Origin: Batkoa obscura | Taxonomy: Eukaryota | Direction: 5' to 3' | Length of the DNA: 64,000 nucleotides | NCBI GenBank assembly: GCA_030770535.1 | Contig: JASVEC010000002.1 | Coordinates: 62,001 to 126,000, forward strand | Shown here: piece after piece, positions 63,520 through 64,000 of the stretch | Position numbering within the stretch: position 1 is the first letter of the stretch | How the letters are laid out: every line of letters begins with the position of its first letter | Program-made: the position numbers and the translations under genes | Notes under the pieces: model-generated | What the model saw: the letters and a program-made list of their open reading frames with translations, nothing else | The model's database searches: none | Told to the model about the DNA's origin: nothing

Positions 63520-63895
63520 ATATATTACAAGCTTTTAGATTTTAGTTTTATTATAGCAATCCCAATCCTTTAGAGGTTTATAAAACAGGTTTCAGGAGGG
63601 AGCTACTGGGGCCAAAGTAAGTTCAACCATTAAGTAAATTAAAAGTTTATATTCAAGGAGGGACGAGGTAGGTGATGTGGTGAAGAAATCAAATATTAGC
63701 TTTGAGGGGGATGGAGATAACGGGTAGGATGATTGATGAAAGGATAATGGAGTAGGTAGATAAGTTAATATCGAATCATCTTCTTTTAGTTATTTTTTTA
63801 ACTCTGCTTTTTTGATTAATATAACTATGATTTTAGATTATGTATAGAGCATTCAAAACTATTTAATATAAAGTTCTAAATTATCTTTTTTATAT

Positions 63896-63993
63896 GGGAA
63901 TGTATTTTTTTATTTAAGAATTTTACTAACAATTTTTTTACTCAAATAGCGCTTAAAAAATGGAAAAGTAATGAAACCAAAAAAAACATCCTC
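63896..63993 (+). mobile_element. MITE family A copy
   Basis: Full length; ATAT flanks. Confidence 0.9.
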
Positions 63994-64000
63994 ATATCAT

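Overview
Very AT-rich eukaryotic DNA (roughly three quarters A+T by eye) with short GT-AG introns of about 45-70 nt. Gene content and style point to an early-diverging fungus; Zoopagomycota/Entomophthorales (Conidiobolus-like) is my inference, not verified. About 15 intact protein-coding genes are supported: a PiT/Pho89 phosphate symporter, two paralogous bZIP factors, a Kelch-type membrane protein, two paralogous Q/N-rich glycine-zipper proteins, Coa3, the DUF2419/QNG1 queuosine salvage enzyme, an AFG1 ATPase, an S1 protease, a Mei2-like RRM protein, a FAXDC2-like hydroxylase, an Rsa3-domain protein, an M14 carboxypeptidase, a C2H2 factor and a 7TM GPCR-like gene. A decayed paralog of that GPCR is also present. 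The intergenic space is dominated by a ~98-bp MITE ('family A', about 36 copies, GGGG...CCCC ends, 4-bp mostly AWWT target duplication confirmed by empty sites inside the window). There is also a ~460-bp TGT...ACA element ('family B') that repeatedly forms inverted and fold-back structures, and an older ~340-bp repeat ('family C'). No autonomous transposase, rRNA or CRISPR array was seen. All exon boundaries, alignments and counts were read by eye.
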